Positions 39,301 to 49,339 are shown, counted from the stretch's first letter. The stretch is DNA of 64,000 bases from Squalus acanthias (GCA_030390025.1 JASTWF010000036.1:744001-808000); one strand, 5' to 3'. The notes: generated from the letters alone by a model not told the origin. Numbers and translations: made by a program.

Positions 39301-42300
39301 TCTGTAACCAGGTGTTCTGCAGGCCAACCTCTCTGGAGAAGCTTTTCCTCTGCCTGTAGCATCATCAGATTGGGGAAAGGGAAGAGAGTCTTACGTTGCA
39401 AAATTGGGCACGGGCCAGCCCTGGAATCTTAAAATTCGGGCTGAAGTGTTGCATACACAGACAATACTTTCTACAGGCCTTAGGTCGTATAATCCTTTGT
39501 GAAATTGGAGAACACACCTGGGGCTAATAAACCTGCATCTGTATTTGTACTGGCCCCTTGCTGCCAGCCATCAGCTGCAACCCAGTTAAAATAAACCTTG
39601 CAATAATGTAGTGCACCGTTTGGTAGATAAGGCAATGTAATAGACACCATTTTGTGTTACAAGAATCATGCTTTTAAACTCGAGCTTTAATATCACTTTA
39701 TTTCATTGCTTATTTACATAGTATTTACAGCACAGAAACAGGACATTCGGCCCAACAGGTCTATGCCGGTGTTTATGCTCCACACGAGCCTCCTCCCACC
39801 CCTCTTCACCTAATCCCATCAACATACCCCTCTATTCCTTTCTCCCTCATGTGCTTATCCAGCTTCCCCTTAAATGCATCTATGCTATTCACCTCAACTA
39901 CTCCCTGTGGTAGCGAGTTCCACATTCTCACCACCCTCTGGGTAAAGAAGTTTCTCCTGAATTCCCTATTGGATTTATTAGTGACTATCTGATATTGATG
40001 GCCCCTAGTTCTGGTCTCCCCCACAAGTGGAAACGTCGTCGCTACGTCTACCCTTTCATAATCTTAATGACCATCAGGTCACGCCTCAGTCTTCTCTTTT
40101 CTGGAGAACAGAGCCCCAGCCTGTTCAATCGTTCCAGATCGTTGTACCCTCTCATTCCTGGGATCAGCCTAGTAAATCTTTTTTGCACCTTCTCCAGTGC
40201 CTCTATATCCTTTTTATAATATGGAGACCAGAACTGTGCACCGTACTCCAAGTGTGGTCTACACCTAAGGTTCTATATAAGTTTAACATAACTTCTCTGC
40301 TTTTCAATTCCAGCTCTCTCGAAATGAACCCGTGCTTTGTTTGCTATTTTTAAATGGCCTTATTAACCTGCGTTGCTACTTTTAGTGATTTGTGTATTTG
40401 TACTCCGGGATCCCTCTGCTCCTCTACCCCATTTAGACACTTACTTTCCAAGGAGTATGTGGCCTCCTTATTCTTCCTACCAAAACGTAGGAATATATTA
40501 CAGGGAATAGCAGCCAGTGTATATTATCTACTCGGTGTACCCCAATCTACTCCTGCTATACCCAAATCTAGGTTAGACATATATTGCATCAAAAGGACAC
40601 TTCACGGATATAAAATTGTTTTGAATAGTTTTTGATTGTTGCAATGCTAGACATAGTTATAGAAAATGCTGGAAGCAAATGTGGAGAGAGGAAGGTAGGT
40701 TAACTGTTCAGGTCAATGACCCTTTGAGAAAACGCCACACCTGAAACATTAACCTCACTTTTTCCCCTGCAAAAAATGCTGCCCGACCTGCTGACTGTTT
40801 CCAGCATTTTGCATTTCTATTTCCAACTTCCAGCAGCTGCAGTATTATTCCTTTTGTTTTATATAGTTACTTCAGAATTATGTCTTGCACTCCAGTGCCA
40901 GTCATGAGGTCATTTACCTACAGATTCATCACCTTTATTACTGTTTCACGTAGCTCACTCCATCGCTGATTGAGAGCGGGGGAGACAAGTTGAGGCGACA
41001 ATACATACAGCGTGATGCACACGGCCCTTGCCTCTCCAATTATTAAGCCATTAGGAAAATAAGAAAAAAAAACTTGCATTTATTTAAGCTTCTCATCACA
41101 TCTTCAGGACATCGCAAAATGGCTCACATCCAACTCGTTACTTTGGAAGTGCAATGACTTGTTAATTAGATAAATGCAGCAGCCACTTTGCGCAGAGCAA
41201 AATCCCATTAACAGCTAGTGCAATCGATGACCAGTTAACCTGTGTGTTTTTTTTTTAAAGTGTTGATTGAAGATGAATGGAGTCTGGGCACCAGAATTCC
41301 TCGGCTCTTTGAATATCATGGAAGCTGAACAGGCAGATGGATTGCTATCGTTTTATTTGAAAGAAAGTACCTTCCACCTGACAACACTGCACGCTCTCAG
41401 TACTGCACTGCAGTGCTAGCCTTACAGTGGGACTTCAACCCACAATCTTTCGACTCATGGGAGTGCTACCAACCAAGCCAAGGGGACAAATTATAAAAAG
41501 GTGCGAAACAGGTCAGGGGAAATATGCACAAATTCCAGTGATTAACAGCTCAGTCTGGTATAAATATTTTTTTTAACACCTCCATTTGCTGGTTTACTTC
41601 AAAAGAAATGGTTTTAACACGAAAGAAACCCCATGGCATAAAACCCATAGTCTGTGGGCGAATTGGAACTTGCATTATCCATGTGCAAACACGTCACCTC
41701 AAAGGCTTACGAAAGAGAAGATCCGACTGTGCACCCAAAGAACCCGTCAGATGCCAACGGGCTGTAAAATGTGGCTTGCTGCAAGAGGATACATTAACCC
41801 CTTGTGGACTCATTCTAGTTCTACTGTCCTTTCGTATTGCGCCATTAGCATTAGTACATTGCTGCGTCTTTGCTTCTGTGTTATCACTTCACCTGTAAAT
41901 AAATCTGGGCAAGCAGTTTTAGCCTGCACATATTGATCTGGTGACATATTATTTGCAACTTCAGGGGTGACAGGAGACTGTGGTGGGCACTCCATGTATT
42001 GTCCTGCCAGTGGTTTATCACAATTGGGGCTGAAATGCTTAAACCTGGGTACGTGAGCCCACACCCAGTAAATAAAAGGTGCAGGCTTTGGTCCATACAA
42101 GATCAATCTGCTTCTGAAAACAGTTGCCACACCATAGCAAGAGCTGGGGAAAAAAGCCCAAACTGCATCAGTTTAATGCTATGTGCAAAGTTCCTTTACC
42201 ATTACGAGCTGGTTACTTAATCTAATCATCAATCCCATATATAGAAAAGAAGGGTGTTTTTAGAATTAGCGGTTTAGAATGCAATTTTAAAAATCAGCCA

Positions 42301-43706
42301 GACATACCAGTCGCTCACACTCCGTTTCCGCCTTCTGCCGACGTTTCATTTCTACGTCAACTTGGTTCCGAGCGTGCTTCAACTTGACATCAAGGGCGCT
42401 CCGCTCAGTCTCAGCTTTTGTTAGGCACTCTGTAGCACGGGACAGTTCCAGCTCATTCTTTTGCCATTTTCTTCTGCACTCTTCAAAGTTTTTAGCTAAC
42501 TGAATAAATTCTGCAAGAAAATAGCCACAGATATAACTGTTTTAAAAAAATTGTCCTTACCAATTCAAGTGTTCATTCTGCCTCCATACTATCCATTAAG
42601 AAGAGTCTTGCTTCATTGAAACGGCTTGATGCAATGTAATACTTGATCAAAATTTGGCACCAGTTGTTTTTAAAATTAATTAGCCATTTTCTTCCCCAAA
42701 AGGCACTGGCTGGTACCAGAGTTAAAAATTATACACAACACCGTCAGATCTTAAAGATCTCCTGGATCTGTATCTAAACCATTGTCCCAGTCCATGTGTG
42801 GGCTACGAGTCCTGGTCATTTAGCCTGGGATGCCCCAGTGACTCATTTTCAACTTGGGGCTTACATTGCAAATTCTGCCGCTCTCTCCTCCTTGAAATTC
42901 CCAGGCCTAGCCGCTTGAAAAGGACTACTCTCAAGGTCCTACCTGCTCGCTGGTATCAATCCCTCAATCCACCGAAGGGGGGCAGGGCTGACAGCAGATC
43001 CATTCAAACCACTAGACCCCAAGAAAGTGAAGTGGGAGAAACCTGTGGCAGACACTAAACTGACACTGGGGAAAGCAGAATGGGAGTCAGAGGATTGAGG
43101 AGCCAGCAAAATGAAGAATGAGAGATGATCAGGTAGGGGCAGAGTGCGAGCATTTTGGGGAGGGGGGAAAAACTGTTCAGTTTTAATGAATGAAAAGCGG
43201 AGTAACAGTGTGAAAATTGTATGTATATTAACTGTACTGAATTCAAGAGAAAGTGGAACAGCAAGCGGAGAGAAAATGATTGATATTTGATAAATATATG
43301 GAATGGAATGCAAGTTACTGACACATTCTCCTGGTACAAGTAAAGACGAAGTGCAGCGGCATAAAATACTCGTAGAAATGTTAACAATTGAAATCTTTAC
43401 GTTCCAAAGGAATGAACTGCTTCTGTATTACAACTATCCCCATTGGTCCACAAGGCTTCACGATGCACAGCTGTGCAGCTCACTACGCCAGGTGTGAACC
43501 CCTCTACCGTTGGTTTTTACACAACATGCCCACAAACATTCCCAGTATCCCAAGTAAACAAGGCGCGGAATCTCACTGGTCACTACCGTATCCCAATATC
43601 GACAAAACTAAATATGCTTACGAGGTTCAATTCCTTCATTCAGTACTTCCATCTGTCTGAGCAACTGCTCGAACATGCTGCGTAGAGTTACCATTGCGGA
43701 TTCCAT
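18270..43706 (-). CDS. RACGAP1: Rac GTPase-activating protein 1 (MgcRacGAP/CYK-4, centralspindlin subunit), complete CDS, 16 coding exons, 630 aa
   Basis: Exons join in frame to 1893 nt: N-terminal coiled coil ([16 protein letters not shown]), [23 protein letters not shown] phospho-region, C1 domain ([41 protein letters not shown]), RhoGAP (GLYRISG...[10 protein letters not shown]...[14 protein letters not shown]) and C-terminus FFASPMLK*, matching the vertebrate RACGAP1 sequence as recalled. Confidence 0.98.
19507..19618 (-). CDS. RACGAP1: RACGAP1 coding exon 15 ([36 protein letters not shown])
   Basis: tag|TG...AA|gtaagt; 112 nt. Confidence 0.95.
20195..20675 (-). mobile_element. tRNA-derived Deu-domain SINE (SacSINE1-like)
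   Basis: tRNA-like head with A/B boxes, Deu-like core and L2-like tail; further copies approx. 3745-4035, 21575-22075, 34160-34555, 41070-41480, 46264-46585, 58565-58947. Confidence 0.8.
21061..21203 (+). mobile_element. hAT-type MITE copy
   Basis: CAATGGTCCCTTTAA...ACAGGGAACAGTG; TSD ctggcacc/ctggcatc. Confidence 0.8.
22218..22344 (-). CDS. RACGAP1: RACGAP1 coding exon 14 ([23 protein letters not shown]...AYSTPEIK)
   Basis: tag|GTG...G|gtaaca; 127 nt. Confidence 0.95.
22545..22581 (+). ncRNA. Minimal type I hammerhead ribozyme motif in a Penelope fragment (fragment runs to ~22635)
   Basis: GGTT-CTGACGA-A-AGGTC atc GACCT-GAAA-CGTT-AACT: intact CUGANGA and GAAA cores, 5-bp helix II, 4-bp helix I, palindromic AACGTT in place of helix III. 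Confidence 0.6.
23048..23180 (-). CDS. RACGAP1: RACGAP1 coding exon 13 ([24 protein letters not shown]...KRQPK)
   Basis: tag|A...AAG|gtatgt; 133 nt. Confidence 0.96.
24220..24366 (+). mobile_element. hAT-type MITE copy
   Basis: CAATGTTCCTGTTAA...GGAAACATTG; TSD cacccctg/catccctg. Confidence 0.8.
24423..24528 (-). CDS. RACGAP1: RACGAP1 coding exon 12 ([35 protein letters not shown])
   Basis: tag|AA...AG|gtatgt; 106 nt. Confidence 0.96.
25715..25913 (-). CDS. RACGAP1: RACGAP1 coding exon 11, GAP arginine finger ([21 protein letters not shown]...[14 protein letters not shown])
   Basis: tag|ACT...G|gtttgt; 199 nt. Confidence 0.97.
26652..26747 (-). CDS. RACGAP1: RACGAP1 coding exon 10 ([32 protein letters not shown])
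   Basis: ccag|GGA...GAG|gtagga; 96 nt. Confidence 0.96.
27128..27292 (-). CDS. RACGAP1: RACGAP1 coding exon 9, C1 domain ([18 protein letters not shown]...[18 protein letters not shown])
   Basis: tag|GTT...GAG|gtaaga; 165 nt. Confidence 0.97.
27577..27713 (-). CDS. RACGAP1: RACGAP1 coding exon 8 (NLKVQDLD...[18 protein letters not shown])
   Basis: ttttcag|CA...ACG|gtattt; 137 nt. Confidence 0.93.
28397..28856 (-). mobile_element. Full-length SacSINE1-like Deu SINE
   Basis: Reverse complement of the 55950-56402 element from head to (TCTT)n tail. Confidence 0.85.
29120..29410 (+). mobile_element. Ancient tRNA-derived SINE, AmnSINE2-like
   Basis: TGAGCCACAGAGACCAGG...CCCTGGCCTGTGCTGTGTTAGCTGA...GGAAGTGCATGTGTAGATGTCAGG; divergent relatives at ~3600-3730+4040-4165, 12990-13210, 25200-25440, 55540-55910, 57130-57290, 63270-63600; family name from recall. 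Confidence 0.55.
29756..29873 (-). CDS. RACGAP1: RACGAP1 coding exon 7 ([10 protein letters not shown]...[23 protein letters not shown])
   Basis: ttttcag|GGA...G|gtgagc; 118 nt. Confidence 0.95.
31462..31527 (-). CDS. RACGAP1: RACGAP1 coding exon 6 ([22 protein letters not shown])
   Basis: ttccag|CGT...AAG|gtgggc; 66 nt; less conserved but positionally equivalent. Confidence 0.85.
32282..32335 (-). CDS. RACGAP1: RACGAP1 coding exon 5 ([18 protein letters not shown])
   Basis: cag|GAC...AGA|gtaggt; 54 nt. Confidence 0.94.
33686..33761 (-). CDS. RACGAP1: RACGAP1 coding exon 4 ([25 protein letters not shown])
   Basis: tag|A...ATG|gtaatc; 76 nt. Confidence 0.94.
35621..35760 (-). CDS. RACGAP1: RACGAP1 coding exon 3 ([11 protein letters not shown]...[14 protein letters not shown]...NKR)
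   Basis: aag|GAA...CG|gtagta; 140 nt. Confidence 0.94.
36284..37785 (+). mobile_element. Young 5'-truncated CR1 LINE with uninterrupted RT ORF (423 aa), antisense in a RACGAP1 intron
   Basis: [20 protein letters not shown] and KFADD motifs; no stops or frameshifts 36284-37555; 3' UTR with TTCTTATG tail. Confidence 0.95.
38949..39084 (+). mobile_element. hAT-type MITE copy
   Basis: GAACGTTCCCTCTAA...TTAGGGGGAACATTG; TSD gttggcac/gctggcac. Confidence 0.8.
39715..40487 (-). mobile_element. Degenerate CR1 3' fragment
   Basis: [45 protein letters not shown]. Confidence 0.88.
40660..40860. mobile_element. Old inverted pair of Penelope terminal fragments
   Basis: AAAATGCTGGAA...GTTAACTGTTCAGGTC then ACCTGAAACATTAAC...TTCCAGCATTTT. 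Confidence 0.6.
42308..42510 (-). CDS. RACGAP1: RACGAP1 coding exon 2 ([10 protein letters not shown]...[24 protein letters not shown])
   Basis: cag|AA...CTG|gtatgt; 203 nt. Confidence 0.96.
43622..43706 (-). CDS. RACGAP1: RACGAP1 coding exon 1 ([28 protein letters not shown])
   Basis: tag|GAA-ATG (ATG at 43706); donor C|gtaagc; 85 coding nt. Confidence 0.93.
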
Positions 43707-45412
43707 TTCCTAGATGAGATTAAAACAACGGAACTATAAACACTGACACAACTTTCACTTCCCTCAGTTTTAAACCCAGTGAAATACTCCCTTGGCCACA
43801 TTAGGATTGCTTGGAGAGAGAGAGAATCAAAGCAAGAGTCAAATTCCTTCAAAATGACATTATTTTCAACCAACTGTATTTAAAACTGGACGGTAGTTTG
43901 GCTGGAAGATAGACTTTCATCTAATCAACTGTTGGCTCGAAATCTCAAAGACATTCTCCACGTCCGGCTGCAGAACATCTCCAGATGTTCCCTCGAACAT
44001 CATAAAATGGCTGTCAGCCCAAAGCTGGTGATCACAGCTGTTCAACTTTCCTGTCCTCACAGTTCCAGGAATCCCAGTTCAGCCTCATTACATTGCATAC
44101 AGGCAGGACAAGAGGAACACCTGGAGTATTAGCCTTAAAAAAACCCCACAGTAATACAAAGCAAAAACACTGCCACTCAACAGCAAGTCACATTTAATCA
44201 GCAGAAATTTGGAGCATGACATGATTTCACCAGTCGCTATTAAGAAAGGACTGAGTTTGCTGAGGGTGACAAATTTGCAATTTAAAAAACTGAGCATGTC
44301 CAATCACAAACAATAAAGGTTTACGGAATAATTTCCACAGAAGATAACTGAAGCAATCAAAACAAACCGAAGCATCCCAGATGAAATTGGTTGGCCAAAA
44401 TGCCTCCAGCAACATAAAGAAAGACTTACATTTCTATCGCGCCTTTCACAACCTCAGGACATCCCAAAGCGCTTTACAGCCAATAAAGTACATAGAAACA
44501 ATGCTCAGTGGCTCCTTACTAAAAAGGAATGCCTCAGAATTCCTCTTGTACCAAAGAAAATATCACTTGAAAAGAATTGCTTATTCATTCCTCACAAATT
44601 GGATGAGGCAGTCCCGTTATCTGTTTACAAACAAAGTGCTAACAGCACTGAACAGCAAGTGGGCTGTGCTCCAAGCTGTACTGTTAACCGATGGGGAAAC
44701 TGTTCACTTCTGATGCCACTCTCATGTTATACAGAACAAAAACAAAAAAAGTTCTTGCTTAAGTGTGCAACAAGCATTAAAGTGCTGTGCACAGCAAAGG
44801 CACAAAAGCATCATTAAATCCTGATATCTAACCACGGTCGTTGGTCTGTTGGTTTTTGTAATTAGTGCCCACACAAGTACACAATGCACCTAGTGTAAGA
44901 CCAGAAATGTTCTGCCTCAGCATTGCAGTGGGGTGGGCGTCAGTACTAGGGACTGAAATTCCCCTATTGAAACCCCAACAGTGCAAATGCCACACCATTA
45001 ATGAGAGTTTATAATCCTTTCGTTGGGTGGGGAGGGAACTCCTTTCACCTAGCAACCCCTTGCCTACTAATCGATCAATACATAAGGTTGACAGCTATAT
45101 TACTGTGAGAAGTCGCACAACACCAGGTTATAGTCCAACAGTTTATTACTGTAATAGCTGCCGCATTTCCGACATTACAACAGTGACTACATTCCAAAAG
45201 TACTTCATTGGCTGCAAAGCACTTTGAGACGTCCGATGGTCGTGAAAGACACTATAGAAATGCAAGTCTTTCTTTCTTTTTAATGCAAAACACTGAGCAT
45301 CAGGTAACAACCTGGTCTTTGACAGATTATGCCAGAGAGAGAGGGGAGCTCAGCTCACATCTCAACAGCCACGAATGCTGCTGGGCACTTTTTCATTCGC
45401 ATCCTTCAGCAA

Positions 45413-45790
45413 TCATAGAATGGTTACAGCACAGAAGGAGGCCATTCAGCCTGTCGAGCCCGTGCCGACTCTCTGCAAGAGCACTTCAGCCAGTCCCACA
45501 CCCCGCCCTTTCCCCGTAGCCCTGCAAATTTTTTTCCTTCAGGTCCTTATCCAACTCCCTTTTGAAAACCACGATTGAATCTGCCTCCACCACCCTCTCA
45601 GGCAGTGCATGCCAGATCATAACCACTCGCTGCGTAAAAAAGTTTCCCCTCCTGTCGCCTTTGGTTCTTCTGCCAATCACCTTAAATCTGTGTCCTCTGG
45701 TTCTCGACCCTTCCGCCAATGGGAACAGTTTCTCTCTGTCTAGACCCCTCATGATTTTGAACACCTCTATCAAATCTCCTCTCAACCTTT
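45413..45790 (-). mobile_element. CR1 3' fragment
   Basis: LRGDLIEVFKIMRGLD...[15 protein letters not shown]; tail TTCTATGAT. Confidence 0.88.
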
Positions 45791-45849
45791 CTCTGGCTGC
45801 AATGATTAATGAACGCTCAGCATTTAGTGATCCTCACTCTGGCTGCACA

Positions 45850-46250
45850 GAGGCCGGAGGGGGCCTGGGTGCTCGGGCTCTTCCTGCAGCAGGCGGCGAG
45901 GGTGAGACAAACGGCTGCTGCCGCTCTGGCCCTGGGCGCAGGCCCGGCCCCACCTCACCCACCCACCCGCTCTCTCTCTCTCCGGGTACAGAGAGGGACG
46001 GCACCAACAGTTTCGGCCGGTGAGGAATCGGGCTTCCTCCCCCGGCCCGGTACTCACCACCTCTCGCTCTCGCTCTCTCGCCGCTCCGTTTGCCTCCCCG
46101 GACTTTTCGCGGGCCTGATTTGAAATTTCCCCAACGGCCAATCAGCGCGACCTTTTCGTCCCACGGCTTTTACGTCCCGATGACGTCATCGCGCATCTTA
46201 AAGGCACCGTCTCCGATTTTTTTTCCCGATGAATTTGGCCGACCGCAAAT
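45850..46250 (-). promoter_or_regulatory. CpG-island promoter of RACGAP1 with E2F/CDE-like, CHR, CCAAT and CRE motifs
   Basis: On +: TTTTCGCGGG 46104-46113, TTTGAA (CHR) 46119-46124, GGCCAATCAG (NF-Y) 46136-46145, CGATGACGTCATCG (CRE palindrome) 46178-46191; high CpG density; no TATA box. Confidence 0.75.
46058..46110 (-). other. RACGAP1: Probable non-coding first exon of RACGAP1 (5' end approximate)
   Basis: Strong donor GTG|gtgagta (intron starts at 46057) inside a CpG-rich island, directly below the promoter motifs; the ATG exon has an acceptor only 3 nt before ATG, so an upstream exon is required. Confidence 0.7.
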
Positions 46251-46860
46251 CTCTTCCAGTCAAAAGAAAGACTTGTATTTCTATCGCGCCTTTCACACCC
46301 TCAGGACCTCCCAAAGCGCTTTACAGCCAATGAAGTACTTTTGAAGTGTGGTCGATGTTGTAATGTGGGAAACGCAGCAACCAATTTGCGCACAGCAAGC
46401 TCCCACAAACAGCAATGTGATAAATGACCAGATCATCTGTTTTAGTAATATTGGTTGAGGGATAAATATTGGCCCCAGAACACCAGGGATAACACCCCTG
46501 CTCTTCAAATAGTGCCATGGGATCTTTTACTTCCACCTGAGAGAGCAGACGGGGCCTCGGTTTAATGTCTCATCCAAAAGACGGCTGGCTAACTCTCTCA
46601 CCTCTTCCCGTCCTGACTCTGCTGCGGGCTCTGCTGCTCTGCTGTTGCTCCTAGTGATGATTACATGACCTCAGGAACTTCCTCACTTTGTCGGAGAAGC
46701 TGCCTGTCTTCTGCAGCTGGCTGTCTTCTGCTTCTGATGGCAAGCTGCTGGCCAAGCCTTGCTCTGGGAAGCTTCCAGGGGTTGCCTGACAGCTAGCTAC
46801 AGGTGGTGGCTGCCTGCTGGTGGAACACTTCTGATGCCTTGGTGTTGACTGGCTGGTGGC

Positions 46861-47132
46861 GGAGACTGGCTGCTGGTGGAGACCGGCTGCTGGTGGAGAC
46901 TGGCTGCTGGTGGAGACTACCTGCTGGTGGAGACTACCTGCTGGTGGAGACTACCTGCTGGTGGAGACCGGCTGCTGGTGGAGACTACCTGCTGGTGGAG
47001 ACTGGCTGCTGGTGGAGACCGGCTGCTGGTGGAGACCGGCTGCTGGTGGAGACCGGCTGCTGGTGGAGATTGGCTGCTGGTGGAGACTGGCTGCTGGTGG
47101 AGACTGGCTGCTGGTGGAGATTGGCTGCTGGT
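46861..47132 (+). repeat. 17-bp minisatellite, 16 units of GGAGA(C/T)(TGG/CGG/TAC)CTGCTGGT
   Basis: Counted directly; explains the repetitive ORFs at 46803-47210. Confidence 0.95.
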
Positions 47133-47241
47133 GTTGCCTGGCTGTTGATGGTGACTGGCTGCATTAGAGGCTCAATTTTGACAGGTCAGATTTGTCTGCC
47201 CCTTCCTTAGATCTCTTTGAACCCAAACCCTATTTGAACAT

Positions 47242-47441
47242 ACGATAGCAAAATACTGCGGATGCTGGAAATCCGAAATAACAACAGAAAACGCTGGAAA
47301 AACTCAGCAGGCCAGGCAGCATCCGTGGAGAGAGAAAGAGAGTTAACGTTTCAGGTCGATGACCTGAAACGTTAACTCTCTTTCTCTCTCCACGGATGCT
47401 GCCTGGCCTGCTGAGTTTTTCCAGCGTTTTCTGTTGTTATT
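47242..47441. mobile_element. Penelope-derived fold-back insertion: perfect 81-bp inverted repeat with 3-nt loop, 14-bp flanking direct repeat
   Basis: Arms 47277-47357 and 47361-47441 are exact reverse complements; CCCTATTTGAACAT at 47228-47241 and 47442-47455. Confidence 0.9.
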
Positions 47442-47579
47442 CCCTATTTGAACATGAGCAGCGAGGAAATGGAAGGATTTAATTTTCTTGTCAGCTCATT
47501 TCATCCTCAGTGCCCAGACACAATTCTGAATCCTCGGCTGGCCTAAACCATTGTAAGTCAGATAGAATCAGAGAATCAT

Positions 47580-48440
47580 GGGGCTGGATTTTGTCAATGG
47601 GGAGCTTTTGGAGGCGGGACTCCCACTTGTCGGGTTTCAGTCCCGCCTCCATCGATTTGTGGCCAACCCACGCTATTTTCCCTTGATTGACCTTGTTAAG
47701 CCCGCCCAGCGGGCTTAGCAGGCCAATTAAGGGAAAGCCGGTGACAGAGAACATCAGGGAGTGATGTTTCATCTGTCAAGAGCTTTTGACAGATGAAATG
47801 CCATTGTTTGACAGCTCTGTGAAGCTGTCAAACACTGACAATCTGTCTTCTAAGTTGAGTCTTTACTCAAGACTCACTTAGAAAGCCTTCCTGAGCAGAA
47901 AGCAGAAGGCTGCAGCTTTTGACAGTTCAGCGGCCATTCTGCTTTCTGTGCCGGTGAGCTGAGGCAGCTCCGCAGCCTAAAGGGATGAAGCCTGGAGGAA
48001 GAAGCAAAGGTAAGTAATCTTATTAAAACATTTTACACTCACCTCACACACTTACCTCTCCACACTTGCACCCATCACTCACCTGCACACCGGACATCTC
48101 GGCCCCGCAGACCCCCGCAGACCCACGGCTCGCCTCGCTGACCCTGGCGAGGTTCGGAGCCGTTGGGAAGCCCACACTTTAGGGCTCAAAATAGGGATTA
48201 ACCAATGGGGAGCTTTTGGAGGCAGGGACTCCCACTACCTGTTAACAGGCAGTTAATTGGCACTAATCCCCTTCACGCCTCGAGGAGACGGGACCCGGTG
48301 CGGGTCGGGTACCCGCCTCCTGGGAAGATGGCACGGAGGTGGGTTGGGGGCGGGATGGGTACCCGCTCCCAGATTCTGCCTATTTCCCGGCAGTCCCGCC
48401 TCCATACCCGCCTCCCCAGGGCTGGCAAAATCGCCCCCCC
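47580..48440. mobile_element. GC-rich non-autonomous DNA transposon (Harbinger-like)
   Basis: GGGGCTGGATTTTGTCA / TGGCAAAATCGCCCC ends; internal repeat CAATGGGGAGCTTTTGGAGGC at ~47596 and ~48203. Confidence 0.65.
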
Positions 48441-48634
48441 TAGAATCATAGAATGGTTACAGCACGGAAGAAGGCCATTCGGCCCGTCGAGCCCGTCCCG
48501 ACTCTCAGCTAGTCCCCCCCCCCCCCCGCCCTTTCCCCGTAGCCCTGCAATTTTTTTCCTTCAGATACTTATCCAATTCCCTTTTGAAAGACAAGATTGA
48601 GTCTGCCTCCACCACCCTTCCAGGCAGTGCATTC

Positions 48635-48987
48635 CAACAACAACAACTTGTATTTATATAGCACCTTTAACGTAGTAAAACATCCCAAGGCGCTTCACAG
48701 GAGTATTATAAGACAAAACATTTGACACCGAGCCACATAAAGAGATATTAGGGACAGGTGACCAAAAGCTTGGTCAAAGAGGTAGGTTTTAAGGAGCGTC
48801 TTAAAGGAGGAGAGAGTGAGAGCGGAGAGGTTTAGGGAGGGAATTCCAGAGCTTGGGGCCCAGGCAACAGAAGGCACGGCCACCAATGGTGGAGCGATTA
48901 AAATGAGGGATGCTCAGGAGGCCAGAATTAGAGGAGCGCAGATATTTCGGGGGGTTGTGGGGCTGAAGGAGATTACAGAGATAGGGT
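48635..48987 (-). mobile_element. L2-type LINE 3' end nested in a CR1 3' fragment (48441-49060)
   Basis: SSFKTLLKTYLFDQAF motif and (TTG)n tail; CR1 sequence resumes on both sides. Confidence 0.8.
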
Positions 48988-49207
48988 AGATCCTAACCAC
49001 TCGCTGTGTAAAAAAGTTTTTTCTTATGATGCCTTTGGTTCTTTTGCTAATCACCTTAAACCTTAGATCATGAATATTTGCTTGTTTCTTCAAAATGGCA
49101 CCTCGTACTCTCAAACAAAATGGTTGTGTTGTTTCATGCTGAGGATGCTGAAAAGGGCAATGTATTCACGTTAACAAAGTACAACATTCCACCCGCAATA
49201 TCTCGGG

Positions 49208-49224
49208 TGGCCAGTAGATGGCAG
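49208..49224 (+). promoter_or_regulatory. CTCF consensus site
   Basis: TGGCCAGTAGATGGCAG matches CCASYAGRKGGCRS at every position; lies in non-repeat DNA. Confidence 0.45.
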
Positions 49225-49339
49225 GTATGTCACAGTGAATGAGTTGTTCACCACCTATACTGAAACTAGCTGATAAAAATTATATATCGTTTTTTTTGCA
49301 GTTTTTCACTGCAATTCACCAAGTCCGCATCTTCAACAT

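Noticed and set aside
46803..47210. Trp-rich repetitive ORFs in three frames
   Set aside because: Translation of a 17-bp minisatellite; the unit is not a multiple of 3 and there is no splice or start context
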